From Syntrophothermus sp. (GTDB lineage Bacteria; Bacillota; UBA5301; JAMCQP01), in the NCBI GenBank assembly GCA_050260975.1, contig JBLNCV010000166.1:830-64829 (forward strand): DNA of 64,000 bases. The letters run 5' to 3'. A program made the translations under genes and the position numbers. Position 1 is the stretch's first letter; each line of letters starts with the position of its first letter. Below, one piece after another: positions 40,533-49,842 of the stretch. Below the pieces are notes generated by a model, which searched no databases, was not told the origin of the DNA, and saw nothing but the letters and a program-made list of their open reading frames with translations.

Positions 40533-41334
40533 CGGGGTACAGCTCCTTCCATCTCCGGATCAGTTCGCTTTCCACCGGCCGGTAGGCCTGGGCATTCGCC
40601 ACCCCTTCATACCCTTGCTGAGTGGGAATAGTTTTGGATTGCCCCTCCTTTTCCGCCATTTGTGCCACCCAGTCGGCCTTCGCCACCAGGTCGGCATAGG
40701 AACGAATCCCGTCGTTGTACCAGTTGCGCAGGATTCCTTCCAGGTATTGCATCCGCGGCCGGTCCGCGTTTCTGGCGGTCTCGTCGATGGCGGCAGCCAC
40801 CACCTCGGCGGCCATGCCCCTCTCCTCCACCCAAAACCGTAGTTTTTCAAATTGCATCGGCCCCATCAAGCCGATCTTCTGGTGGTAGATATCCACCAAT
40901 GCCTCCAGGTCGCTCCTGAAACTCTCCTCTTCAACTTGCGCCGCCGCCTCGCGTTCCGCGATCTCATGGGGAAGAGGCGCCCCGGCGGAAGGGGGGTCGT
41001 GAACAACCACGATCTCCCCCCCGGAGGCATCTTCCTCCGCAAGCTGGCGTGACACCAGACCGCAATCGACAAGCCGGTTCATGGCCTCTTTTACCCCTTC
41101 GTCCCCCAGCCCGATGGATTGCGCCAGGGTATTCAGGCTTATCGCCTGGGAATCGCCCGGCAGCAAGGCAACCCGCTTCAAAAGCAGCCAGAGCAAGATG
41201 CCAGAAGGACCGGCTACCGGCAGGTAACGATCTAAAAGCTCCGGATAGAGAGGAATAAAGGCACGCCGCAGGGTGCCTTCTCTAACCGAAAACCTCTCGT
41301 TATTTGTTATATTCTCTCTCTCCACATAAGACAC
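40516..41334 (-). CDS. DnaD-domain replication initiation / primosome protein
   Basis: The C-terminal motif YLEGILRNWYNDGIRSYADL is the DnaD/DnaB_2 domain signature; N-terminal winged-helix-like region. Overlaps the dnaB start by 17 nt. Confidence 0.6.
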   Translation of the reverse strand: MSYVERENITNNERFSVREGTLRRAFIPLYPELLDRYLPVAGPSGILLWLLLKRVALLPGDSQAISLNTLAQSIGLGDEGVKEAMNRLVDCGLVSRQLAEEDASGGEIVVVHDPPSAGAPLPHEIAEREAAAQVEEESFRSDLEALVDIYHQKIGLMGPMQFEKLRFWVEERGMAAEVVAAAIDETARNADRPRMQYLEGILRNWYNDGIRSYADLVAKADWVAQMAEKEGQSKTIPTQQGYEGVANAQAYRPVESELIRRWKELYPDECDE

Positions 41335-41423
41335 AGGATCTCCCCCCGTATGTGCATGTACATAATTCTTTTGCCGGGGAGCAAAATCCTGCCAAACAGA
41401 TCTCCTGTTTAGGATTCAAATTC

Positions 41424-42815
41424 TTACTGGGCGCAAACCCGGTTGCGCCCGCCCTGCTTGGCCAGATATGCGTTTTGATCGGCCAGGCTGATGAGCTCGT
41501 CCTTGGTGGCCGCCGTCTCCGTGGGAAACGCAGCCACGCCTATGCTCGCCGTGAGGCGCAGTTTATCAAAATCATGCCCGCTGATCACGCGGTTGATCCT
41601 CTCGGCAATCTTTACCGCGTCTGCGAGCGCAGTCTCCGGCAGGATTACCGCAAATTCCTCGCCCCCGTAGCGGGCCACCAGATCTGTCACGCGCACATTA
41701 CGGCGGATGAGCTGGCCGACCTCCTTAAGTACCTGGTCGCCACGGAGATGGCCGTAACGGTCATTGATGGCTTTGAAGTGATCGAGATCCACCATGAGCA
41801 TGGAAAGAGGTTGGCCTGTCTCTTCCGCCGCTTTGGCGGCCTGATCGATACAGTTGCGAAAGTAACGGTGATTGTAAAGGCCGGTCAGACCGTCGGTAAT
41901 CGCCAGGTGGGCCATTTCTTCATAAAGATGGCCGTTTTGAACCGCAAAAGCCGCCTGGTTGGTCATGATGAAGAGAGTTCTTTGTTCATCCTGAGTGAAT
42001 CCCCGCACCTCTTTTTTCAGGACGGTAAGGACCCCGATAGCCTTGCCATGAACTACCAGCGGAAAACTGGCAAGTGAATTGAACTGGAGATCCCTGGCCC
42101 AGCGAATTACGCTGTCGGAAAGATCGTCAAGGAAGACCGGTTGCGCCGTCTGAACCACCCGATCCGCCACGGTCCGTTGAAACTCCATCTCATACGTTTT
42201 AATCTGATCCGATGTCATCCCCCTGCTTACCCGTGTTTCCAGGCTGTTGGTCTCTTCATTGGCCAGCATCACCCAGCAGGCGTCATACTTTACAATCCGG
42301 GAGATCCAGTCGACGATGGTGTCCAACATCTCCGCAAGGTTCAGGGTACTCCCCAGCACTGAGGTAAATTCGAAGATCGCCAGAAGGTCGAAGATCCCCT
42401 TATCGACCTCGGCATTCAGGCGCGCTACTTCATGTTGAGCTTCCTCGAGGCGAGCGGTGGCAAGCGCCAACTCCTTCTCTTTCTGGCCGAGACGTTCTTT
42501 TGCCCAGAGCCGGTTCGTCCAGCCGATGATCACCATGCCCGTTCCCAGCACCAGTTCTGCAATACCTATTCTTATCAGGTCCACATGTGCCTCTTTAGCC
42601 AACAAAAGCCCGATCCCGGCCAGCGTCCCCGCCAAAAACCCTTCGTGTGGCCGGCCGGCTATCGCTCCAACTACCACCGGCAAAAGGTAGATGTAAAGGA
42701 GGGGTCCCGCGAGGGAAGCTTTGGGCATGGCATCCAGCGAAGGCAGCTTTGCCCAGACCGCCAGCGCCCCGGAGATCACTAATATTTTTTGCCAGATATC
42801 CAGTTTATTGATCAA
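41424..42815 (-). CDS. Membrane-anchored GAF-GGDEF diguanylate cyclase
   Basis: N-terminal TM helices, a coiled coil, a GAF-like segment, and a GGDEF domain with an intact GGEEF (RYGGEEFAVILPE). Confidence 0.85.
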   Translation of the reverse strand: MINKLDIWQKILVISGALAVWAKLPSLDAMPKASLAGPLLYIYLLPVVVGAIAGRPHEGFLAGTLAGIGLLLAKEAHVDLIRIGIAELVLGTGMVIIGWTNRLWAKERLGQKEKELALATARLEEAQHEVARLNAEVDKGIFDLLAIFEFTSVLGSTLNLAEMLDTIVDWISRIVKYDACWVMLANEETNSLETRVSRGMTSDQIKTYEMEFQRTVADRVVQTAQPVFLDDLSDSVIRWARDLQFNSLASFPLVVHGKAIGVLTVLKKEVRGFTQDEQRTLFIMTNQAAFAVQNGHLYEEMAHLAITDGLTGLYNHRYFRNCIDQAAKAAEETGQPLSMLMVDLDHFKAINDRYGHLRGDQVLKEVGQLIRRNVRVTDLVARYGGEEFAVILPETALADAVKIAERINRVISGHDFDKLRLTASIGVAAFPTETAATKDELISLADQNAYLAKQGGRNRVCAQ

Positions 42816-44769
42816 ATGGCCGACCTCCCGCCGGATTCATGTAGATCTCCTCAAGCAGGCTCTGGGCGCGTGCGTTATAAGGATTGATGTGGAGTGCCTC
42901 TTCCAGGGCTTCTTTGGCTTCTTCAAACTGCCCCAGCCGGAAATACCCTTCACCAATGTGGCACAGGGCCGAGACCGACTCCGGAAATAGCCGCACCGCT
43001 TCACGAAAAGAGGCAATCGCCTGATGCACTTCCCCTTTTTCCAAAAGAGCCACACCCAGGTTGTTATGCGCTTGGGCATATCCGGGGTATAACCTGACAG
43101 CCGTCCGGTACTCCTCAATTGCCGCCTCCAGGCGCTTAAGGATCCGGAAGGCGTTTCCCAGATAGTTATGTGCGTCAGGATACTGCGCATCAACCCCCAC
43201 AGCCCTCTTCAGCAAGAGAATGGCGTGATTTAACGTCCCCCTCTCCAGGGCGACGCAACCTAGCCCGGTGTATGCGGGGGCGCTGGACGGATTAATCTCC
43301 AGGACCCGGGCAAAACAGTGAATTGCTTTCCAAAACTCCTCCTCGGCGAGGTGAACCATTCCCAGTTTGATCAGGGAATCTGTATCCATGGGATCCTGTT
43401 CCAGCGCTTGCCGGTACTCGGCCACCGCTTCCTCCAGGCGCCCTTGCTGGACATACGCATCCGCCAGCCGCACTCGCAGACGAGTGTCATCCGGCCATTG
43501 AATCAGCGCTTCCCGGCACCAGGCAATCTCTTTGTCCGGGGAAAGCTCTCTTTTGTTTAAAACGGGTTTTTCCACGTTGATGAAGAATCGCTCCGGGTGG
43601 AAGAGGCTGATCCGGCGAAATTCCGCGGTGGCCTTATCGAACATCCCGGCCTTGTAATAGGCCAGAGCCAGGCTCTTGTGGATTTTCAGGTTTTTAAGGC
43701 TTGACGGCTCAAGCGACAAGGCGGTGCGATATTCCTCAACCGCCTGGAGGTAGAACCCTTTCTGGAAATAGACGTCCCCCAGAATCTTGTGAATGCCCAC
43801 GTTGGCCGGACGCTTTTCCAACAAGGTCTGGCAGGCTGCCGCCGCCTGATCCGGCTGGTTTAATTTCAGATAGAGTCTGGCCAGCCTTCCAAGGGCCTCC
43901 ACCCACACGCCGTCGATTGGCACCCCATCTTCCAGCATAAAGCTCTTCTCGTACGCTTTGATGGCTTCTTCCGCCATCCCCTTGGCTTCATAGAAATTTC
44001 CCAGGTTGACGTAAAGAATGCTTGTAGGGCCGAAAGCTATGCCGGCGTTGCAATACTCGACGGCCCCATCGAAGTCGCCCTTCCAGGCCCTGATTTCCGC
44101 CAGATTGCCATACACAATCGACCCCAAGATGCTTCCTCCGGAACTGCTTTCGTCTATGGAGAGAGCCGTTTTATACTCCCGCTCGGCTTCCGCAAACCGG
44201 CCCTGGTAGAACCGCAGGATCCCCAGGTTGTTATGGCACGCCCCATAGCCGGCATGCCGGATGCAAAGGTCTTCCAGCAACCTTCCCGCCTCTTGGAATT
44301 GTCCGGTGAACAGTAGCGTGGTCGCGTAATAGTTTTGTGGTTGCGGATATTGGGGGAATTCGTTGTAAAACTTTTGGAAGATGGGTATTGCCTCTTCGAG
44401 GGCATTCTGTTCACGATATATCTCCATGAGCTTCTGATAGCCGCGGCGCATGCCGGGATCCAGCTCTATCGCTTGCACAAACTTCTCCGCGGCTTGCTGG
44501 GGCAACCCCATCATTTGATATATCTCCCCAAGCGTCAAGAGTAGAGCGGGACTGGCCACCCTGGAGCCGACGGCCAATTCACAAATCGCGGCAGCCTCTT
44601 TGAGATGTCCTCTTTTAATGGCTTTTCTCGCGCGTTTTTCGACATTTTCAGGGTTTAAAGTCCTGAAGGGAAGGGTCAACGAAGCCAGTCCCCTTTCTTT
44701 CTTACCCGCCAGACCCACGGCTTCTCTTCCCTGGTCCATGTTAAAAGCCTTCTCTCTGATCTTTTCCAT
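42805..44769 (-). CDS. Tetratricopeptide (TPR) repeat protein
   Basis: 654 aa made almost entirely of 34-aa TPR units (W-LG-Y-A-F-A-P consensus repeated more than 12 times). Confidence 0.8.
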   Translation of the reverse strand: MEKIREKAFNMDQGREAVGLAGKKERGLASLTLPFRTLNPENVEKRARKAIKRGHLKEAAAICELAVGSRVASPALLLTLGEIYQMMGLPQQAAEKFVQAIELDPGMRRGYQKLMEIYREQNALEEAIPIFQKFYNEFPQYPQPQNYYATTLLFTGQFQEAGRLLEDLCIRHAGYGACHNNLGILRFYQGRFAEAEREYKTALSIDESSSGGSILGSIVYGNLAEIRAWKGDFDGAVEYCNAGIAFGPTSILYVNLGNFYEAKGMAEEAIKAYEKSFMLEDGVPIDGVWVEALGRLARLYLKLNQPDQAAAACQTLLEKRPANVGIHKILGDVYFQKGFYLQAVEEYRTALSLEPSSLKNLKIHKSLALAYYKAGMFDKATAEFRRISLFHPERFFINVEKPVLNKRELSPDKEIAWCREALIQWPDDTRLRVRLADAYVQQGRLEEAVAEYRQALEQDPMDTDSLIKLGMVHLAEEEFWKAIHCFARVLEINPSSAPAYTGLGCVALERGTLNHAILLLKRAVGVDAQYPDAHNYLGNAFRILKRLEAAIEEYRTAVRLYPGYAQAHNNLGVALLEKGEVHQAIASFREAVRLFPESVSALCHIGEGYFRLGQFEEAKEALEEALHINPYNARAQSLLEEIYMNPAGGRPFDQ

Positions 44770-44875
44770 AAATAATCGGCATTTTGGTACGAAAGATTAA
44801 ATCATCTGTTCATGTATTTTTCAATCGACATTTTAAGCATAAGGGTTAACTCGTTCAAGAACAAGAAACCCCTTT

Positions 44876-44946
44876 GCTGGCGGAATTTAACCGGCCTGAA
44901 TTGAGGCCCGACTCTTCCCGCCTGCAAAGGGGTTTTCTTTTCACGC
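44876..44946 (-). terminator. Compound hairpin terminator after the BMP ABC transporter operon
   Basis: A 12-bp perfect inverted repeat AAACCCCTTTGC...GCAAAGGGGTTT encloses a GGCCT...AGGCC inner hairpin, with T-rich tracts on both strands. Confidence 0.4.
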
Positions 44947-44952
44947 TAGTTG

Positions 44953-45897
44953 TTATCTTTCCCCCTGCTCATAAGGCTTCCCGTCAGCGGCAGGCGGCAT
45001 GGCCCGCCCGATCACTCCTGCCAGAGCCGCCATGGTCAGAATATACGGGAGCATCAGCAAAAACTCCCGGGGAACAAAGACCAGTCCCAACGTCTGCGCC
45101 ATCATCTGCAACGAATCGGCGAACCCGAAGAGGAAGGAGGCGCCCAGCGCGCCAAACGGCGTCCATTTGCCGAAGATCATGGCCGCCAGGGCGATGAACC
45201 CGCGCCCGGCCGTCATCCCGATCACAAAGGAACTCAAAAGAGACAGAGAAAGGGTTGCCCCGCCCAGTCCTCCTAGAACCCCGCTAATGAAGACGCATAG
45301 GTATCGGGTGCGATAGACGTTGATCCCGACGGTATCCGCCGCCCGGGGGTGTTCCCCCACCGCCCGGATCCGCAGGCCCAGGGGAGTCTTGTACAGGACC
45401 ACATGGGCCAGGATCACCACCAGAAACGACAGGTAAACCATCGGTGTCTGAGTCCCGATAATCTTTCCCACCAGCGGAATATCCCTGAGCAGGGGAATCG
45501 ACCAGTCCGCCAGCTTGGCCACGCCCGGCGATTGACCGGCGTTCGCCCAGACCTGCCGTAAAAGAAACCCGGTGAGACCAGCCGCCAGAATGTTGATGGC
45601 TACGCCGCTCACCACCTGATCCGCCCTGTACTTGATGCTCATCACGCCCAAAAGCAGCGCCACCAGCCCGCCGGAAAGCATGGCGCCCAGGACGCCCAGC
45701 CAGGCGTTATGGGTGTAGTAGGAGACCAGCACGCCAATAAACGCCCCGATGAGCATGATCCCATCCAGGGCGATATTCACCACGCCGGATCGCTCCGAAA
45801 AGACCCCTCCGATGGCCGGAAAGATGAGCGGCGCCGCCGCGCGCAAAGTGGAGACCGAAAGAGCGACAATAATCACCGAGATCTCACTCCACTGCAT
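44953..45897 (-). CDS. ABC transporter permease (BMP-family nucleoside transporter, NupC/YufQ-like)
   Basis: 314 aa, 8-10 TM, branched-chain/sugar-type permease family; downstream of the second permease. Confidence 0.8.
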   Translation of the reverse strand: MQWSEISVIIVALSVSTLRAAAPLIFPAIGGVFSERSGVVNIALDGIMLIGAFIGVLVSYYTHNAWLGVLGAMLSGGLVALLLGVMSIKYRADQVVSGVAINILAAGLTGFLLRQVWANAGQSPGVAKLADWSIPLLRDIPLVGKIIGTQTPMVYLSFLVVILAHVVLYKTPLGLRIRAVGEHPRAADTVGINVYRTRYLCVFISGVLGGLGGATLSLSLLSSFVIGMTAGRGFIALAAMIFGKWTPFGALGASFLFGFADSLQMMAQTLGLVFVPREFLLMLPYILTMAALAGVIGRAMPPAADGKPYEQGER

Positions 45898-47032
45898 GAG
45901 TCTCCACCCCTTTCCGCTTCAACCTGAACAGACGCCGGATCATCAGATCCGCCGCCACAAAGATAATGATCGCCGCCTGGATCACGTTGATGATCTCCTT
46001 GGGAACTCCAGCCATACTTTGCATCAGGGTTCCCCCGCGCGCCAAGAAGCCGAACAACATGGCCCCAGCCACCACTCCGGCCGGGTGATTGCCTCCGATC
46101 AACGCTACGGCGATCCCGTCAAAACCATAACCGGTAAAGGCAAAGACGTCGTAAAACTTGTACTGGATACCCAGCACCTGCACCGCGCCGCCAATCCCGG
46201 CCAGACCACCGCTGACCAGCATGGCCAGGATCATGTTTTTGGCCATGCTGATCCCCCGGTATTCGGCCGCCGTCGGATTGAAACCCACCGCCCGGATCTC
46301 ATAGCCGACGGTGGTCTTCCACAGCAGATAAAAGATCAAGAGGGCCGTGGCCAGAGCAATGAGAAACCCGATGTTGACGCGTGACGATTCGGTGATGAAG
46401 GCATTGGGCATAAACCGTAACAGGCGCGCCGTCGGTGCGATCTCCCTGGTCACCGGCAGGAACGGATGCCCCTTGAGCGGCCCGTTTACCAGGTAATGCG
46501 TGAAGTAGAGCGCAATGTAGTTCATCATGATGGTATTGATGACCTCGTGCACTCCTAATCTGGCCTTCAGATAAGCCGGCGCGGCAGCCCAGAGAGCGCC
46601 GGCCAGAAAGCCGACCAAAAGCGCCGCGGTCACATGGAGCACGGCAGGCAAGCCGGTAAAGGCATATCCCGCCCAGGCCGCGGCAATCTGTCCTACGATA
46701 AATTGCCCCTCCGCGCCGATGTTGAACAGATTCGCGCGATAAGCAAAAGCGATCGCCAGGCCTGTAAAGATGAGGGGAGTAACGTTGACCAGCATCTCCC
46801 CGAAAGAGCCCCAGTTGGCAAAGGATGCCTGCCAGAGCGCCTGATAAGCTACCACCGGGCTTTTGCCCGACCAGATGACAAAGATGGCTCCGACCACCAT
46901 CCCGATCAATATCGCCAGGCACGCGATCCATACCCGTTCAAAATCACCCAGGCGCAGGCCATGCCAGGGGGTAGAAGCGGCAGAGGAGGCTTTGTTCGCC
47001 GGCGCCGGTCCAACCCCTTTCTTCTCATGCAT
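45884..47032 (-). CDS. ABC transporter permease (BMP-family, NupB/YufP-like)
   Basis: 382 aa polytopic permease. Confidence 0.8.
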   Translation of the reverse strand: MHEKKGVGPAPANKASSAASTPWHGLRLGDFERVWIACLAILIGMVVGAIFVIWSGKSPVVAYQALWQASFANWGSFGEMLVNVTPLIFTGLAIAFAYRANLFNIGAEGQFIVGQIAAAWAGYAFTGLPAVLHVTAALLVGFLAGALWAAAPAYLKARLGVHEVINTIMMNYIALYFTHYLVNGPLKGHPFLPVTREIAPTARLLRFMPNAFITESSRVNIGFLIALATALLIFYLLWKTTVGYEIRAVGFNPTAAEYRGISMAKNMILAMLVSGGLAGIGGAVQVLGIQYKFYDVFAFTGYGFDGIAVALIGGNHPAGVVAGAMLFGFLARGGTLMQSMAGVPKEIINVIQAAIIIFVAADLMIRRLFRLKRKGVETHAVE

Positions 47033-48596
47033 TACCAGTTGCCCCCCTCTTTGCGCTACTTTCGCCGTCTTCCCGCCGCCCGCCGGCGCCGGCCATCATC
47101 AGGCCGAGCTCTTCTTCATCGGCGTCCGCGGCATCGACTATCCCCACGATCTTTCCCCCGTATATGACCGCGATCCGGTCGCTGAGCGATATGATCTCAT
47201 CGAGTTCCAGGGATACCAGGAGGATCGCCTTCCCTTTATCCCGTTGCTCCACCAGCCGCCGGTGGACAAACTCGATGGCGCCCACGTCCAGCCCCCTGGT
47301 TGGCTGAGCCGCCACCAGAATATCCGGCTCCATATCGAACTCTCGCGCCAGGATCACCTTCTGCTGGTTGCCGCCCGAAAGCGATTTGGCCGGTGTCTTC
47401 TCGTGCGGAGTACGCACGTCAAATTCTCCGATTAATTCCCTCGCGTGCCCGTAGACCCGGTCATAACGCAGGTTGATCCCGCCGGAAAACGGCTTTTTAA
47501 AATAGGATCCCAGGATCATGTTTTCCGCCACGTTGAAATCCAGGATCAAACCACGTTTTTGCCGGTCCTCCGGGATGTGCGCCACCCCTGCCTCCGCAAT
47601 CTGCCTGGCGCTTTTGTTGGTCATCTCCCGGCCTTTGATCACCAGCCGGCCCCCGGTGGCCTTGCGCAATCCGGTGATTACCTCCACCAGCTCCGACTGG
47701 CCATTGCCGTCCACCCCAGCTATTCCCAGGATCTCCCCCGCGCGCAATTCAAAGGAGACTCCTTGCAGCGCAGGCAGTTTTCGGTTATTCTGTGCTTCCA
47801 GATTCTCCACCGCCAGGAGTGTTTCGCCCGGCCGGGAGGAGCCTTTTTCCACCTGGAGAAGGACCTCTCGCCCCACCATCAGGCTGGCCAGAGCAGCCGG
47901 CGTGGTTTTTTGAGGGTCGGCGTTGCCGACCACCTTTCCGCGCCGGATCACCGTGATCCGGTGGCTCATGGCCATGACCTCTTTCAGTTTGTGGGTGATA
48001 AAGATGATCGCTTTCCCCTCCGCGGCCAGGTTATCAGTGATCACCTTGAGTTCCCGGACCTCCTGAGGGGTCAGAACCGCCGTCGGTTCGTCCAGGATCA
48101 GGATCTCCGCCCCGCGGTGCAGGGCTTTCAGGATTTCAACCCGCTGCTGCATGCCGACGGAGATATTCTCCACCCTGGCCAGCGGGTCCACCTTGAGGCC
48201 ATACTTCTCCGAGATAGCCTCCACGTCCTTGACAGCCTTCTTCATGTCTATAAAAACACGATTCCTGCGAGGCTCATCGCCCAGGACGATATTTTCCGCC
48301 ACCGTAAAAGGGGGAACCAACATGAAATGTTGGTGCACCATGCCGATCCCCAGTGAGATGGCCACGTTGGGATCCCCGATCACCACCCGCTGGCCTCGCA
48401 CGTAGATTTCGCCCGCGTCCGGCTGGTAAAGCCCATAAAGAACGTTCATGAGCGTCGTCTTGCCGGCACCGTTCTCCCCCAGGAGGGTATGGATCTCCCC
48501 CGGGAAGATCTCGAGATCGATCCCGTCATTGGCCACCACCCCGGGAAAGACCTTCCGGATCCCTTTCATCCGTACAATCGGTTCCACTTCCACCAA
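47025..48596 (-). CDS. ABC transporter ATP-binding protein with duplicated ATPase domains (NupA/YufO-like)
   Basis: Two Walker A motifs (GENGAGKTT and a second N-terminal-half-equivalent) and two LSGG signatures; 523 aa. Confidence 0.85.
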   Translation of the reverse strand: MVEVEPIVRMKGIRKVFPGVVANDGIDLEIFPGEIHTLLGENGAGKTTLMNVLYGLYQPDAGEIYVRGQRVVIGDPNVAISLGIGMVHQHFMLVPPFTVAENIVLGDEPRRNRVFIDMKKAVKDVEAISEKYGLKVDPLARVENISVGMQQRVEILKALHRGAEILILDEPTAVLTPQEVRELKVITDNLAAEGKAIIFITHKLKEVMAMSHRITVIRRGKVVGNADPQKTTPAALASLMVGREVLLQVEKGSSRPGETLLAVENLEAQNNRKLPALQGVSFELRAGEILGIAGVDGNGQSELVEVITGLRKATGGRLVIKGREMTNKSARQIAEAGVAHIPEDRQKRGLILDFNVAENMILGSYFKKPFSGGINLRYDRVYGHARELIGEFDVRTPHEKTPAKSLSGGNQQKVILAREFDMEPDILVAAQPTRGLDVGAIEFVHRRLVEQRDKGKAILLVSLELDEIISLSDRIAVIYGGKIVGIVDAADADEEELGLMMAGAGGRREDGESSAKRGATGNA

Positions 48597-48615
48597 CCCC
48601 TAGCTGATCCGACTT

Positions 48616-48665
48616 ATCAGAAAAAATGGGCGCCGCATATCCGACATCGAAAGCAGCGCCCATTT
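48616..48665 (-). terminator. Intra-operon rho-independent terminator/attenuator between the BMP binding-protein gene and the ATPase gene
   Basis: 10-bp perfect stem AAAUGGGCGC...GCGCCCAUUU followed by UUUUUUCUGAU on the minus strand. Confidence 0.5.
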
Positions 48666-48716
48666 CCATCCCTCGTCCACGCGATATCTTTAAGCGGTCT
48701 GCCAACTATCGGCCGG

Positions 48717-49718
48717 CTACTTCAGCTCCTCACGGGTGGAGGGAACTTTGAGCTTCCCGGAAGCGATCTGCTTCGCGAATTCGTCATGCTTCTTCAGAGT
48801 ACTGGCCGGAAGCTTGACACCCTTGGAGAAGGCGGTGCCGACACCGTTCTCCTTCAGGCCGAGAACCTGCACGCCGCCCTTAAAGGTTCCCTGGATAACC
48901 TGTTTGGAGCCCTCGAATACGCCCACGTCAACCCGCTTCAGCATGCTGGAAACTACGTTGTTCGGCGCCAGGGGGCTCTGATCGGAGTCCACGCCGATGG
49001 CGTACAGCTTCTTCTCCTTGGCGGCTTCAATCACGCCAATGCCGCATGCGCCCGCGGCGTGGTAGATGATGTCCGCGCCCTGGCTGAACTGGGTCATGGC
49101 CACCTCTTTGCCCTTGCCGGGATCGTCAAACTTACCGGTATAGGCCACGAAGACCTGCGCCTTGGGGTTCACAGCCTTCACGCCGGCCCGGAAACCGGAC
49201 TCAAACTTGATGATCAACGGGAACTCCATGCCACCGATGAAGCCAATCTTATTGGTCTTGGTGGTCAGCCCGGCGATCACACCTTGCAGGAAGGAGCCTT
49301 CCTCTTCCTTGAAGGTCACGGAAAGGACGTTGGGAGCATCCACGACGCTATCGATAATACCGAATTTGGTATTGGGATACTGGGGCGCCACGTTCTTCAA
49401 GGCATCGGTCATCAGAAAGCCGATTGCCCAGATCATATCGTACTTCTGGTCCGCAAGGCTGCGCAGATTGGTCTCGTAGTCGTCCATCTTCTTGGACTCG
49501 ACCACGGTAATCTTGGCGCCGAGTTCCTTTTCGACCTGCTTGAGGCCCCTGTAGGCGGCATCGTTAAAGGACTGGTCCCCCAACCCGCCCACGTCGGTGA
49601 CAACCGCAACCTTCATGTCCTTGGCAGCCTTGGGAGCCGCGAAACCGGGCGCGGCCACCAGGGCCACCGCCAGTACTGCCACCGCCAACAACATGAGAAA
49701 ACGCTTGGATTTGAACAT
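48717..49718 (-). CDS. BMP-family (basic membrane protein / PnrA-Med-like) substrate-binding lipoprotein
   Basis: Signal peptide MFKSKRFLMLLAVAVLAVALVAAPGFA, then the BMP fold (VAVVTDVGGLGDQSFND...). Start at ATG 49718 with AGGAGG upstream; the ORF track begins 44 codons earlier. Confidence 0.8.
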   Translation of the reverse strand: MFKSKRFLMLLAVAVLAVALVAAPGFAAPKAAKDMKVAVVTDVGGLGDQSFNDAAYRGLKQVEKELGAKITVVESKKMDDYETNLRSLADQKYDMIWAIGFLMTDALKNVAPQYPNTKFGIIDSVVDAPNVLSVTFKEEEGSFLQGVIAGLTTKTNKIGFIGGMEFPLIIKFESGFRAGVKAVNPKAQVFVAYTGKFDDPGKGKEVAMTQFSQGADIIYHAAGACGIGVIEAAKEKKLYAIGVDSDQSPLAPNNVVSSMLKRVDVGVFEGSKQVIQGTFKGGVQVLGLKENGVGTAFSKGVKLPASTLKKHDEFAKQIASGKLKVPSTREELK

Positions 49719-49842
49719 TTTCTCTCCTCCTAAAATTTTTTGTCCGCCTGTCGGATGATTTTCCGCTTGCCATATCCGACTATATATTCGCCTTCGGCAG
49801 GCACATTCCTTCCATAAAAGCTGCTTACTTTTATGTAATTTT

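Noticed and set aside
39117-41334. Interpretation of DnaD-like plus dnaB as a prophage or ICE replication module
   Set aside because: No integrase, repressor, terminase or other mobile-element genes are in the flanks. The neighbours are conserved core genes.
48489-49733. 414-aa plus-strand ORF
   Set aside because: Antisense to the ABC ATPase and BMP binding-protein genes.
49719-49842. Possible purine riboswitch upstream of the BMP binding-protein gene (GAUAUGG-containing hairpin)
   Set aside because: Only a simple hairpin is present (UCGGAUAUG...UCAUCCGA). The conserved J2/3 (GUUUCUACC) and P3 (CCGUAAAU) elements are absent.
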